64,000 bases of DNA from the human T2T-CHM13v2.0 reference genome, Homo sapiens, in assembly GCF_009914755.1 (NCBI RefSeq), contig NC_060936.1; one strand, given 5' to 3'. How positions within the stretch are numbered: position 1 is the stretch's first letter; every line of letters begins with the position of its first letter. Below are positions 38,158 to 64,000 of this stretch, piece after piece. The notes below the pieces were generated by a model that saw only the letters and a program-made list of their open reading frames with translations, had not been told where the DNA came from and made no database searches. A program made the translations under genes and the position numbers.

Positions 38158-39439
38158 GCTTATCTGAGCGCCTAGTATGTGCCCAGAATTGAAGGTTGAT
38201 TTGAAGATACATGCAGTAGATGTTAGGCGCCATTGTTTATTATAACTTAATCAGCTTTTCAATACCCTCTGTCCCTGTTTTGATTGGTTTTAGCATGCTG
38301 ACTTTCACATATCAAAGAATCCTAGGACAGGGTGGACCCCAGGGGTGCAGACATGGAAGAAAACCAAAAGCAAAGCAGAAGTCCAGAGATTTTAAATTCT
38401 GAAATGGATTATATCTGCATTTCTTCTTCTAGGCCCATGGCAGACATCTCCAATAGAACATGAAATTCTTTTACCGAGCTCAGCTGCAGCCTCAGAATTT
38501 TCTCAACATTTCTCACCAGGCAGTCACTACAAATTGACTTGAGCTGCCCCTTAAAAAGGTTATCTATTTACCCAGCCTCCTGATTTTACCAGTGAAGAAT
38601 TGAAAGCCTGGAGAGCTTTAATCAACCTGCCCATATAGCAGTTTATAGGACTCCTGGTGCCTAGACTATTGTTTACAACACACCATGCCACTCACCCTCT
38701 GCCTTCGCTCATTCCCTTTTTGTTTGCTGAGGATGCCTCCTTTTAACATCTGAGTTTCACGAGGTCAGGGAAGGTCCTTTCTTTTTCTAACTGCCCTAAC
38801 AATCTGGTAGTATATTGTGCCTGCATATAGACCAACCTCAAGTCTATTGATCTATTTTTTTCTTACCAGTGAACTAGCTGAAGTTATTGCCACTCAGTTG
38901 GGGGTGGATCATGCATGTTCCCAACTCAGCTGCCTTTAGGGGTGATCCATGCACTGACACCCTGCATTGACATTGATATTGGAGAGTAACCTGCAAAGAA
39001 GTTATTGTTGATGTTGAATTGAATTTTCACATTGCACGAGAAAGGCCAAGGCTCGACATTCTTCATCCAACAGGTTCCTTTGTTGCACACTCCCGTCCTG
39101 AGAAACGGAACCCATTCCAGTGTACAGCTTCTTAAATAAAAGGCAAATGGAGTCATGATTTCCTCTCTCACTTTCTTGAATCGAGAAGGGATGGGAAATA
39201 ATGAATAGATGAAGTTGATTTTAGATCAGAAGAATCCTGGAACACATGAATGATGAAGCCCTTTGGTAGACAGATTCATGATGTATTTAAAACATTGCTG
39301 TCTTATCCGTTATTCTTCTCTCTGTGTAGAAATATACAAGTTGATGAGGGCAGATATTTTCATAATCCTAGTTCTGTTTAGCAAATGGAAGTCCATTACT
39401 GGCAGTGTGAGGGTAAAAAGTGAAATGGGTAACAGATTA

Positions 39440-39805
<366 letters not shown>

Positions 39806-41333
39806 TTAGAGGAGGTAAAAAAAAAAAAAATATTCAAGCCTGATTTAGCTTGTTGAATGAGAATTCAATTTTGCTTTGATGCATGAAAATTGAAAAAATA
39901 TTTGCATAAAGAAAATTCTCCAGTAGTAAAGCTTTAATTAGGTTGCTTAGGAAATACCACCTGTCTGTTTTAGGGAAGTATTTATTGATTGAAGCAAGAG
40001 CTATCAAATTGGAAGTCAACATTTACCATTTTGAGAAAAAGAAATGGGCAAAAACTACCCAAGGTACTTGTTAATACAAAAAAGAATAGGGAAGTTCAGT
40101 TTCTGGGATATAGAAATTGGTTGTGATATTTTCAGTGATGATTCTTCTAGCAGCTTTTTCAACAGGAAAAAAAATCCTTAAGAAAGGGTTTTTCTATCTT
40201 TTTCTGATCCTTTGTATCTCTAAGAAGGTTGGGAAAGTTCCAGGGTGGTGAACACTTTCTCCAGCCGGCAGGGTTTTCACGAACCAATCTTGGGAAGGAA
40301 GGGGTGGAAGGGCAGGCAAACAACAGTACCCTGTTTTTACATAGAACCTTTCTCCTGGGAAGTCACAGCTGTGGTTACCTTCAGGATCAGAGGTTGCTAC
40401 TGCTCTTCTCCCTGAAGGAAGTTTGGTCCTTTTCCACCCATCTGGGAAGGTGTCCTTATGGACAATGGAAGTGGAAAATGACACCCACCTAGCGTGATGA
40501 ATCCTGGAGTTCGCTGGGAAGACAGAGGTTACAGCCTCCTTTATAGAGAGGGGAAACTAAGGCAAGAGGAAGCTGGCACAGACAAACCTATTAAGTCCTG
40601 AAGGAATCAAGGCTTCTGACTCAGCTCCAGGTAGGGGATGTAGCAGAGTTCAGAAGCTCAGCAGGCCACAGGAGACAGCCTAGAGTCTCTCTGCAGTGAC
40701 CTGACTCTTGGTGAAGGTATTTTGTTTCATGGCTGTGGCTTTTTTTTTATTATTATTTAAATGAAGCAGGGTCTCACCATGTTGCCCAGGTTGGTGTCAA
40801 ACTCCTGGGCTCAAGCCATCATCCGACCTCAGCCGCCAGAGTAGCTGGGTTACAAGCACGTGCCACCGTGTTCAGTGATGGCTGTGGCTTTGATGGTGTC
40901 ACTGCCCCACTCTGCCCAGATCCCTTCCCTGAACTGTTGTTCTTGGACTGCCAAACTGGGTAGGGGCAGTGGGACTTTGAATCTGGTCATCAGCAGTAAA
41001 AGGGGATATACTTAGGGGACCTTTGGTCACCTAACAGCCAAGAAGAGAAACAAAGTGAAGTCAGGGAAATATGGGGGACAGGATCTTACTTCTAAGGACT
41101 CTCGATAAGGGGGAAGTTGAGCAACTGTGTCAGGTGCAGATAAAAAGTCTGGAAGAATGATACCTGGGAAGAAACCAGCACGTTTGGCCAAGGAACAGGG
41201 AGAGTTACTGGTGAATTGTGTTAACTGAGACGTGCCGCAGCAGGAGGACGGCAGAAGCCACGTTGTAGAATCATAGAGTATTTAGGCTGGAGGGGAACAC
41301 CGTGTCCAACGGAGGCCTTTAGTGGTCGGGTGA

Positions 41334-41747
<414 letters not shown>

Positions 41748-41948
41748 AGGATGGGGAGTTCTATTCAGAACTGACCAATTAAAAAGGAAAAAACATAAGT
41801 CCTTTTTCTCTTAAGCATATGGTTAGGGTAAGAATACTCTTGTGGGATTCAGGCTGTGTGGGGTCCAGTCTTGGTTCTGTGGGAACTGGCTCTGTGACTT
41901 TGAGCAGGTCAGCTCTGCCCCCGGACGTCAGTTTCCTTTTCCGTAAAC

Positions 41949-42088
41949 ACGGAAGGCTTGACGGCCTGGTTCTTGAGGTCCCTCTGACATTACGGAAGGC
42001 TTGACGGCCTGGTTCCTGAGGTCCCTCTGACCCTGACATTACGGAAGGCTTGACGGCCTGGTTCCTGAGGTCCCCCTGACTGACATTA
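41949..42088. repeat. 3 x ~43-49 bp tandem repeat at the 3' end of a MIR3-like element
   Basis: acggaaggcttgacggcctggttc(t/c)tgaggtccc(t/c)ctgac...att at 41949, 41992 and 42041. Confidence 0.9.
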
Positions 42089-44289
42089 TTCCCAAAGAAA
42101 ATGCATTGGCCTTAGCACTGGGGATTCTGAGTTGGCCGTGGCTGGAGAAAGACTATGATAAGGAGCCCTGGGGAGATGCCTGGGTTCCTATTGGTGACCT
42201 CGCCTTCTCGTTCAAGCAGGACGGGGAGTGGGACCCAGGCCCAGCCTTATCTCCGGGACCGCGGCTGTCCTCACCCCTCCTCCTGTCACCTGAGAATAAA
42301 AGGGTGGGCTCCATAGGCGGGGGCTGTGAGGAGGGGTGCAATTGCATGGGTCATGGACGATGGTCCTTAGACATCTCTGGGGAGCCTTTGGCGGGAGAGG
42401 CGCAGGGACTTGGGGGCACTTCCCCAGGCCCTGGTGACCGTGGTCATCTTTGTCACAGCCTCCTCCTCTGCCCTTGCAGGCCAAGGACTGGACCAGTCCC
42501 TCTCAGCCTTGCCTCTATCTCTCCCTGCCTGCTCGGCAGCCAACACAGAAACACTGCTGTGTGCTTAGCCCAGGGGTGGGAGGGATTTCTGCCCAGGGAT
42601 TGGCCATGGAATTGGCTGCTTATTTTGGCAGCTCCCACCACAAAGACCATCAGACGCTGAGGGAAGGCGAGGTGGGAGTTAGTGAGTCATGGCCATGCCT
42701 CAGGGAGGGAGGGAGCTTTCACCAGAGGTGCCCCTGGAGGAAGCAGACTTCCCCTCCAAAGAAGAGGGGTGGGACTCTGGATGCTTCCTCCCAGGGTCAC
42801 TGGCTTAGGTCAACTAAGGGGATGAGCATCCCCGTGGCGTTCTGTGTAATGGGAATAATGGCCCTGACCTCACAGTGCCGTGGCAGCAAGTTGAAAAGCT
42901 AGCACATCAAGCTCTCAGTGAAGGGTTGCTTTCCTTTCCTTGGTGTGCCTTAGGATATGACGGGGTAGGCACCATGGGTGCAGACATGGAGGAAAACCAG
43001 AAGCAAATCAGGAGTCCAGCTGCCCACATCCAGTCACTCTTGATTCTCGTGGTTTCTCCAGTGCCCAGCTGAGGCTGGCCATGGTGGGAAAGTGGGACTT
43101 TGCTCTGTGCTGCCTTCTCCTAACCCTGTGTTGTCCTGAGGCCAGGCAGACAGGCCCCAGTCATTACCTCACCGCAGGGCCCCTGTCTGCCAGAGTGCAT
43201 GGTGGAGCTGCCTGGGTGGAGAGCGGAGCTAATTTTAGACCTGGAGACTCTTTGCCAACAGCTGTGGCTGGGCCCAGGCAGCTGGGCTGGATGGCTGGGG
43301 GGAGTCTCAGCCGCCCTGCAGGGAGCCCTGGACACAGCGCTCCAGGTCTGCTCTTGGGGGCATATTCCTGCCTCAGCCTCAGCTGTGGGGAAGCCTGGAT
43401 GAGGGTCCCTCTGCACAGAGGGTGCTTCCTTCCTCCCTCTTGCATCAAGATATTTCTGTCCTCCATCTCCTCTTTCTAGGTGGCTTTGTAGACCAGAAAA
43501 CATTGATACGGCATCTTAGATGGTAGGTCAGTGGGCCTCTGAAATGGGGCAGGTAGGGGCAACAGGAAGAAAAGGGTGTCCCCAAATGGTTCTGGGTTTA
43601 TAGGCTAAATCCAGCCTCCCACTCAACCCCGAGCCAATAATCTAATTGAGTGCTTCTCAACCTCCTTCCTGTTAGTACACAGAGAAAATGACAGGAAAAG
43701 ATACTTGTAACACACATAGGGGTATAAAGAGGTTTGTGGTTGGATGTTGCCAGCCCTCAGATTCTGCTGCTCCAAGCACTGAGGGCTGATACTTTGGGAC
43801 ACGTTACCATTTGGAGCCTACTAGCAGCCACAGCACACCAGTGGGGAAGCTCTGATATCGTCCGTCAGTGGCTTGCCACAGTCCATGTATGCCAAGTCCA
43901 AGCTTCAGGAAACATCTCCTTGGCTAATCATAGACCTGTGCTGGAAGGGAACCCAGAGAGCATTGAATCTGTGCTCTCCTTTTACAGATGAGGAAACTGA
44001 GGCTGAAAGAGGCTTGTCCAAGGTTAAAAAGCTAGTAAGTCAAAATCCCAGTTTTAAGTTCTGTTAGGACAGTCATCCCTTCATTTATCCAACATTTATT
44101 GAGTTCCAATAAAGATCAATATTTGGAGGATACAATGATGAAAAAAGTTGTGGGGATTCGTCTGTATTTGGTAAAGAGAAAACCAAGGAAACCATTCAGG
44201 AAGGTCGTTATTTCCGGTGAGAGAGATGGGGATGTGATTGGAGAGAGGCACAGAGGGCTTCAAAACGTGTCTGTTTCTTAAGCATATGC

Positions 44290-45294
<1,005 letters not shown>

Positions 45295-46003
45295 TTATGT
45301 GCACGTGGCACATGTGATCTCATTTAATCCTCACAACGGACACTTTCTATTGTTTCCATTTTACAGGTGAGAAAATTGAAGTTCAGAGGTACTTACCTTG
45401 TTCAGAGTTTCATGGTGAATCTTCTTTGCAGTCAGATTCAAGTGCTCACATCTTAGCCATGACACTGCAATGGTGGAGGGGCGAGTTGACTTGCACAGTG
45501 AGCTGGCCTTGGGGTGGGATAGGGGAGAAAAAGGCAGGAAAGTTACTAAATCTCTCTAATTTGTTTCCCAGTTCATAAAGTGGAACTAACTTTACTTGCT
45601 GCTCCTTCTTGTCCAAATAATTTGAATATGAAAGCACTATATCAGCATAAAAGCTGACATTTATGAGGAACTAATCCCGTACCAGCGACTTTTCAGGTGA
45701 CACCTTCTCTAATCGTTCCTTGACCCCATCAGGAGCACACGATCCCTGTTTCACAGGCAGACTGCCTCCCTGCTCTTAGCATCCTCCAGTTACACATCTC
45801 TTTCCGCCCTGCCTTCCCCGAGGTGCTGGCTTTCACTTGTCAGTGACGGTCATTCTGAGGCTGAGATGTAAGAGATACGAAGTACCTGTCCTTACCCCAC
45901 CCCTAATGCAAGCAATGCCATCCTGTTGGCACGTGCCACGGTTATCTCTGGGGCCATCACCCTTTGCTGAGAAGGCTGAGGCTTTGAAATCCTTGAGCTT
46001 TCA

Positions 46004-46180
46004 CAGTGGTTCTCGGCCTGGCTGCACACTGGAGTACCTGAGGAGCTTTAAGGACTCTAGCTTTAAGAATTATTCGTGTAAGACCTCACCCCAAGTCAAT
46101 CAGTTAGATTTGAGAGGAGGAGTAGCCCAGCATCATTCTCCAGGTGACTCTGAAGGGCAGTCAAGGTAGAGAGCCTCAGG
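46004..46180. mobile_element. MER5A-like hAT DNA transposon remnant
   Basis: cagtggttctc...ggctgcacactggag...acctgaggagcttt...ctccaggtgactctga. Confidence 0.65.
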
Positions 46181-47329
46181 TGTACACTTTCTCTCCAGAT
46201 GAGCTGAGCTGAGAAATAAAGGGTCATGAAGAGATGAGAGAACACAGCTAAGCAATGACCTGGATGCCGCCTGGCCCCAGGCTGGCCCAAGGATTAGGCA
46301 GGACAAGTCAGGAAATGGGAAAAGAAACAGAGAAGGAAGGAGACAATGAAGTCTACAGGAAAGAGGAGAAAAATTAAAAAAAAAAAAAACCACTCGTTTT
46401 GGTTTGGAGGATGCTAAATTCCTCCCAGTAATGGTCCCAGACCTTTCCAGTGGTATGTATGGTGTGAATTCCGGTGTGTTCTGAACTCAGGTCCATCCTG
46501 TGGTGTATGTGGGCTTCAGGAGATACAAGGAAGTGTGAACGCTGTCCAACTGGTATTCCAAGAGCTATGGTGTTCTCGCATATACAAAATATACACGTCA
46601 CACATAACACATCCCTTTGGCATGTTCTCCCCAGCACCCAGAAGCCCCCTCATGAGAAGTGAATTCTGGCATAGAGGAGGAAGACGTGGTGTTGGAGGTG
46701 GGATTTGAACTGGGGTGTATGATGCAGAGGACTTAGATGATGAGGGAGGATGAAGACAGAGGAAACAAGCACGGATGTGCCAGGGACAGGACAAGCCTGG
46801 CCTGATGTGAGAGGAGGCTGCTACATCCCCAGCAAGCGTGGGCACTGAGAAGAAAGATGTACTTACAGTCCAAGGGCAGCAAAGTTGAGAGAAAAGGAGG
46901 GAGAAACCAGCTATGGGAAATGGATCAGGCTCAGTAGATATGTGAATGGTAGATTAATCACTTGACCACACAAATACATTTTCTATCTCTACTTGGAGTC
47001 TGATTCTATGACATTAGGAACCAGCAAACTGGGACCCCCATGGTGGGGTGGTGTTTACAGATGTTCCACTAGGAGCAAGAGATGTGAAGAAACCAAGACC
47101 CAGAAATATGTGAATGACCTCAGGGTCGATAGACCCAAGGCTTCGGCTGGCGACTGAGAATGACAACAATGATTCTCAACCTCAGCTACGAATGGGATTG
47201 CCTAGGAAGCTTAAAAAATAACTGAGGCGATACAAGCATATGATTTATCGACACTCACGGAACTGTTCGTGTAAAATGGATACATTTTATTATATATAAA
47301 TTATACTTTAAAAAGTTGATTTTTAAACC

Positions 47330-55112
<7,783 letters not shown>

Positions 55113-55525
55113 CTTATTCCTTATTGTAAGGAACTAAGACCTTCTGTACAGTGTTGAAATATAATGGTTTTTTTTTTTTTGGTTTTTCACGAGAAGGGTA
55201 TAATTCACCATTTTATCTAGCAAGATTTTGAAAACAATGAGAGCATCTCATCTCAGCCACTTTCCTTAGCAGTTCCTGCTTTTATTCATTTGCTTTTTAT
55301 GTTGCCTCAGACACAGTTTTTATTTCATTAAAACATGAATTGTGCAGATTTGGAGGCAGTTTAAAAAAAATGAAAAGTAACAATAGATAGAGGTAGGGGG
55401 TGAGTTTTATTAATATCCTGGAAATTGATCACCCAATCAGCAGTAGAGTCCGTGTTGGAAAGGCAGTCCACACTTCTCCATAGTTCACTCAGCGTGAGGT
55501 TCCCTCAATGAAGTTCTCATTTTTA

Positions 55526-55880
<355 letters not shown>

Positions 55881-57854
55881 GCAAGAAACAAAGGAAAAGG
55901 TCTCATTGTCCGTTCTTAAGTGTAAAGACTCTTAGCTTCATCAGTCAGCGTTCACATTGCATCTGGGGTCCCAAACAGCCAACCCCTTACATTAAACTAA
56001 ATTCTGCTTAACCAGCTCTCACACTGAACTTAGAAGCCAAGAGTTCAGGAGTATGAGCGCTGGAGTCTCCCTCCCTCTTCCTCCATTTTCTACCATCCCA
56101 TAGTAGTCATGCAGGATTGGGTGGGACCATAGCTTAAGGTGTTGAGGCCAGCACCCAGGTATAACTTGTATGGCTTCGGAGAATTTCCTGAGCATATGGT
56201 TTTCCCCATCTCAGAGACCCGTGTAGTACTGGACGCTGGGACATTGGAACAGGAGTGTAGGAGAAGACCCACAGATTGTCCCCTTGTCACCAGCCCTATC
56301 AATCAATGCACACCAAAAACTGGAGCACCAGGCTCCTGAGGCAGTGATGGGGGGAGTAAACTGGAAAGGCTGACTGGGGCCTAATGTGTGCGGGGGGGAG
56401 TCTTTATTCTTATGTATTCTTTGATAACAGAATCATTAATGAGAGCATTGTCCGGATTTAGTCTCAGGTTTCACTCGTTAGGTTGAAAATGTGAAAAGCC
56501 TCTACCCCTTTAGCTACAAGTGAGGAAACCTGGGTATAAAAAGGAGGCCTGGAGTTCTTGTTCTGGCTCTGCATAGCGTAAGCACAGTGCCGGCATTTTA
56601 CTATTAAATAATAAGAATGTGTGGACCACTTTCTGTGTTCCTGGCACAATGGATGCACTTTGTATGTGGCAGCTCATTTCAATCTCAGAGCTTCCTTCTC
56701 TTTTACAGATTAAATAAACAGAAGCTCAGAAAGGTTAAATAACTTGTCTCAAGTTACACAGTCACACTGTAACAGCCAGGATTTGAAACCAGGTCTATCT
56801 GACTTCAGAACCCATGCTCCTAGTCACCTCAGGTCTGCCCCCTAAAAGGGTTTGCTTTAGGGGTTCAGTTTCCTGGGGAGGGGTTTCCAGTTGCTCTCTT
56901 TGAGGTTTCTCATTTCCTCCTGAATTCTTGGGTCGTTCTTTTTCCCCTTAGTCCCCCTAACTTTCTTTGTAAACCTTAGTTCAGCTGATCAATGTACCCT
57001 CCGCCAAACGTACCGTAAGAAACAAAAGGGTCATCTAGACCTCAGGCATGCAATAGGTGAGGTAAAATTACCTCTAAGGTTGCCTCCTATTTTCAGCACT
57101 TGGAAGTACCTGCTGTGTTTCTAGGCCTATGCTTGGGGCTGTTGTGTACAGCTATGCAGGTTGTTCACTGCAGAGATGCTCCCTTCTTAGGGGGTGAATG
57201 CGGACCAGACTCTAGCATGAGCTTCACTTGCCAAACTGCGTGCCTGAGGGGAAGGCACAAAGACACTGGATGGGTTAATGGTAGCCCTGACTCTGCTGGG
57301 CTCAGGGGTAAGTCTGGCCCTTGGGTAGCTTTCTTATCTTTATTTAGAAAAGTATCCCCATGAAATAATGGAAGCCGGGTCTGCAGCTCTGCTGTGTTGC
57401 AGGTAGTGTGAGGAGTGCAGCAGGTGCTCAGCTACCAAGAATTACAAGAAGATCAATGTTCATGAATGATATACATTTGAAAAGTTTACATGTATTAAAC
57501 TTTATTGACAGTATATATTTGTGTTTATATGTGCACATCTATAAATATAAAAGCAGATTCACATCATTCTCCTCCCTTGTATTCCAATACACTTTCTTGA
57601 GGGGTACATAAAAGGTTGGAATTTGTTAGCTCCTTCAGAGTTGCAGAGAACCCTAAATATGCCCATATATGTGTCATGCCATGTCCCCTGTCCAGGATCA
57701 TGGCAGAAAAAGATCCAGAGCTGTGGAATTCGCGAACAAATGGTAGCAATGTAGTCCCTTGTCCATCTCTAGCTCTCACTTTTCTTTTCTGGTATCCAGC
57801 AGCCTTGGTCCCTGGGCTCCCTGGATGTCTTCATTTACTCTTAAAAAAAAAATT

Positions 57855-59260
<1,406 letters not shown>

Positions 59261-60906
59261 TTGTTCATTGTTGTTGAGCACCGAGCCAGGTGGTCACTTT
59301 TCCTCATGCTTGACCTCCCGCTCTTTGTGTCTAAGTCAGGAGGTAGTCATTTTGTTTGTCTTGTTTTCAGCACCAGCATTCCCAGGCCCTGCATCCCTGG
59401 GCTGTTTTTGTTGCTCTCCTGTTCAGTAGCACAGCCACTCTAGAAAGTGTTTTGATTCTTTACCCTAACCACTTCCTAGCCTGTTTACAGCCACTGGATT
59501 CCTAAAGTCTCCTCCTGGGTATGACACACACTCGATTTCTCAGTCTCTTCTGATGCCTCCCCACCCACAGCTTCCAAACCCACCCCTGATTTCCCATTCA
59601 GTGACTAAACAATAAACAAACCTTCCTCTACTTCTCCAGTTTTATACACACACGCCCCTTCACTGCCCTGTCGGTTGCGAAGTTCTTCATGCTGTCTCCT
59701 GGGCTTACTAGTACCTTGGCAGTGCCCCACAGTTGCCCCTGAAGAGAGATTGTTTTTCTGTCTTTCCATTCGATGCTGTTTCTGATTGCGTATCATGAAG
59801 CCAGCCTTGTCACTGGCTCTTCCTGCCGCTGAGAGGTGATTTTGAATGAGATGCTATCCCTCCCCAGCTACCTCTCCACCATGTCCGCCCAAGTCCAGTT
59901 GTCACCCAGAGCCCAGACACTTCAGAAGCAGCTCACTGAGAGGCCACTGTGTGCTGGCTTTGGATGCTCCAAACCCTCTACCATGCACTAGAATGATGCC
60001 CTCTGGACCACGGTTAATTTAAATAACTCCATCTGTGGCCCCATCTCTAGTTGACTTCCTGTTTTTGTTTTGTTCTGATTCCTGTGTGTTGTCCACACCC
60101 ACATTGCTAGTTTTTTACTAGCTTTAGGAGACAAGGATCCCTGTGTGTATAAGATAATGGTCTTGGGGCAGGAGGAACAGGCATCATAGAAGGAAGAAAA
60201 GTTCCAGATTGGAATGACAAGCTGAGAAAAAGCAGTATGTGGGGCGACGCTAGCTGGTGGAAGACCTGGAAGACGAAGGTGGAGGAATTTACCTTTGATA
60301 AAGCAGCGTTTATAACTTTGTCTTTTTGGATGTTCCCGCGTCTGTCTTTAAGAGGTTCCTTCAAGCACGCTGGACAGCCAGGGGCTTTCACCGTGGGTCA
60401 GAGAGCACCATTCTCGTGCATGGTACAGGGCTGGGAGCGTCCAAAGCCAGCAGACTGTGGCCTCACAGTTTCCATTGCCCTACCCTGGAAAGAATCTTCA
60501 TGATGGTGTCAGCTGGACAGTAGAATTGGGAAATCCAATGATGAATGGCAAGTTGGTGGATCTGGGGACAGGATAATGGAGCTTTGGCATACAGAGAGGA
60601 CACAAAATCTGGTGGGGTATTCTAGAGCAGGGCCCAGAGCCCTTCATAATGTATAATTTGAGATGAGAGTTTTGGGGGAGGATAGAGGGGCATTTAGGGA
60701 TTGGTGCTGTCCCTTCAGGAAGTTTGAGCTGGTGAGCAGGTGGAATCATGGAAATTGCCTACCTGGCTGTGGTCACTCTTACCTTTGTGTATTTAATTTA
60801 GGGCAGTCAAAAACTTAAGATCCATGCAGGTAGCTTCAGTCAAAGAAGCAGATATAAGTGTGAACACATACTCTGTGTGAGGTATGAGGACTGTGGTGCA
60901 AGGGGA

Positions 60907-61290
60907 GAGCCCGTGCTCTCACTATCTAGAACAGTCCTAGCCCGTGGAGCCCGTGCTCTCACTATCTAGAACAGTCCTAGCCCGTGGAGCCCGTGCTCTC
61001 ACTATCTAGAACAGTCCTAGCCCGTGGAGCCCGTGCTCTCACTATCTAGAACACTCCTAGCCCGTGGAGCCCGTGCTCTCACTATCTACTAGCCCGTGGA
61101 GCCCGTGCTCTCACTATCTAGAACACTCCTAGCCCGTGGAGCCCGTGCTCTCACTATCTAGAACACTCCTAGCCCGTGGAGCCCGTGCTCTCACTATCTA
61201 GAACACTCCTAGCCCGTGGAGCCCGTGCTCTCACTATCTACTAGCCCGTGGAGCCCGTGCTCTCACTATCTAGAACAGTCCTAGCCCGTG
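60907..61290. repeat. Minisatellite, 10 units (eight 40-bp, two 32-bp), derived from an L2 3' end
   Basis: gagcccgtgctctcactatctagaaca(g/c)tcctagcccgtg; last unit runs into the L2 tail gtaggcactcaa...atatttgttaagtgaatgaat. Confidence 0.96.
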
Positions 61291-61707
61291 GTAGGCACTC
61301 AAACAAAACAATATTTGTTAAGTGAATGAATAAAGGAGTGGTCACTTTATTGGCTCCAGCGCTTACTTTCCATTTGGTTATAGGCCCTGTTTTGCCCATT
61401 TGCCCTACTTTTCAAGAGAAACAAGAAATTGAGGGTTTTATGTGAAATTTCCCAAGTTTTAAATGTTGGCTCAAATTTTTCTAAAATACAGTGAGCTAAA
61501 GTCAGGAGGCAGCTGTTTTATTTTTCTTGTTTTCAGCACCAGCATTTCCCAGCCCTGCCTCCCTGGGCTGCTCTTGCCGAGGCTTGCTGGCCATTCTCTT
61601 GTTGCTCTCTTGTTCGATAGCACAGCATCCTCTAACGTTAGGATTTTGCAACTTCTAACTTAAGGCTTTCACCTCCAGCAGATGCACAAACTTTTAGGAG
61701 AAGCAGC

Positions 61708-63203
<1,496 letters not shown>

Positions 63204-63274
63204 CTAGAGGCTGAGGATTGCACAGTGACATGACCCACTGGGTCCCAAAAGTCGGTGGTGCCCAGTTGGCCACT

Positions 63275-63420
63275 CAACTAGGGAGATTGTTAAATACAGA
63301 TGCCCCTACATTTAGAATGAGAAATTCTAATTCAGGAGGTCTGGGTAGAGTCCAGGAATCATTGTTTTTACCAAGTGCCCTGTGATGATCCTGATTAAGA
63401 GCTGAATCTGGGAACCATGC
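63275..63420. mobile_element. MER5A-like remnant
   Basis: gggagattgttaaatacagatgccc...ttctaattcaggaggtctggg...ccaggaatc...tgggaacca. Confidence 0.6.
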
Positions 63421-64000
63421 TGTTCTCTTGTCGGTCATCTCTGCCTGTGTTTCTTCACACAGAACCGGTGCAGGCGGTACTGTACTTACGGCAGGTGCTC
63501 AGTCCACCAGGGTGACTTGATGGATTCACGTGAATCCATGAGTGGGCCTGGGCCAGCTGAGGCAGGGCCTTCCCCTCGCCCTTTATTGCTGCCTCTGTCA
63601 CAGACTTCATTCCGTCTCCTAGGTGGGATCTAGGCCTCTCCTAAGGCTGAGAGCACAGGACAGGGGAGAACAAGCCTGAGCCTCTTGCTGGGCTTCAGGA
63701 TAAACCAGACACACAGAATGAGGATTGAGTTGCCTTCCCAGGAGGTGGAGATCTGAGCTAGGCAGATTAACTTGTTTATGAGGGTGTTCTCCATTGCATT
63801 CCCCCCGGGCATGGACCCAGTTGGCTGACCTTGTGTGGACCACCTGTTGACAGGGCTTCCTGTGTCCCAGCGTCCTGCAGCCCTCGGCATCAGGTGCTCT
63901 GACTTGGAGCAACTGTCGTAGTTAAGCGCCTCTTCTGCCTGGCAGCTGCGCTCATTGCCTCCTAATTATACGCTCTGGGGCCTCCCTTGAAGGTAAAATA

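Overview
Human (primate) genomic DNA, recognisable as the chr12p13.33 CCDC77-B4GALNT3 locus. On the + strand it contains the last four coding exons and 3' UTR of CCDC77 (1-~4215), a ~17 kb intergenic stretch, then the CpG-island promoter and first coding exon of B4GALNT3 (ATG 21914, donor after 22082) and ~42 kb of its intron 1. The rest is mostly Alu (~50 copies or fragments), a ~7.8 kb ancient L1, and L2/MIR/MER remnants. Nearly all ORF-track entries are Alu-, repeat- or GC-derived artefacts. Most notable unexplained structures: (1) a CpG-rich 7x71-bp VNTR with one co-oriented CTCF motif per unit, ~6.5 kb upstream of B4GALNT3; (2) a B4GALNT3 5' leader with an AUG uORF immediately followed by an in-frame optimal-Kozak CUG that would add a 34-aa Arg-rich cytoplasmic extension; (3) a ~60-nt inverted repeat with a 35-nt perfect core whose arms lie 11.3 kb apart in intron 1; (4) further minisatellites, two of them born from L2/MIR ends; (5) a duplicated splice-acceptor-like module. 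Repeat coordinates are by eye and approximate; exon boundaries were checked for phase.
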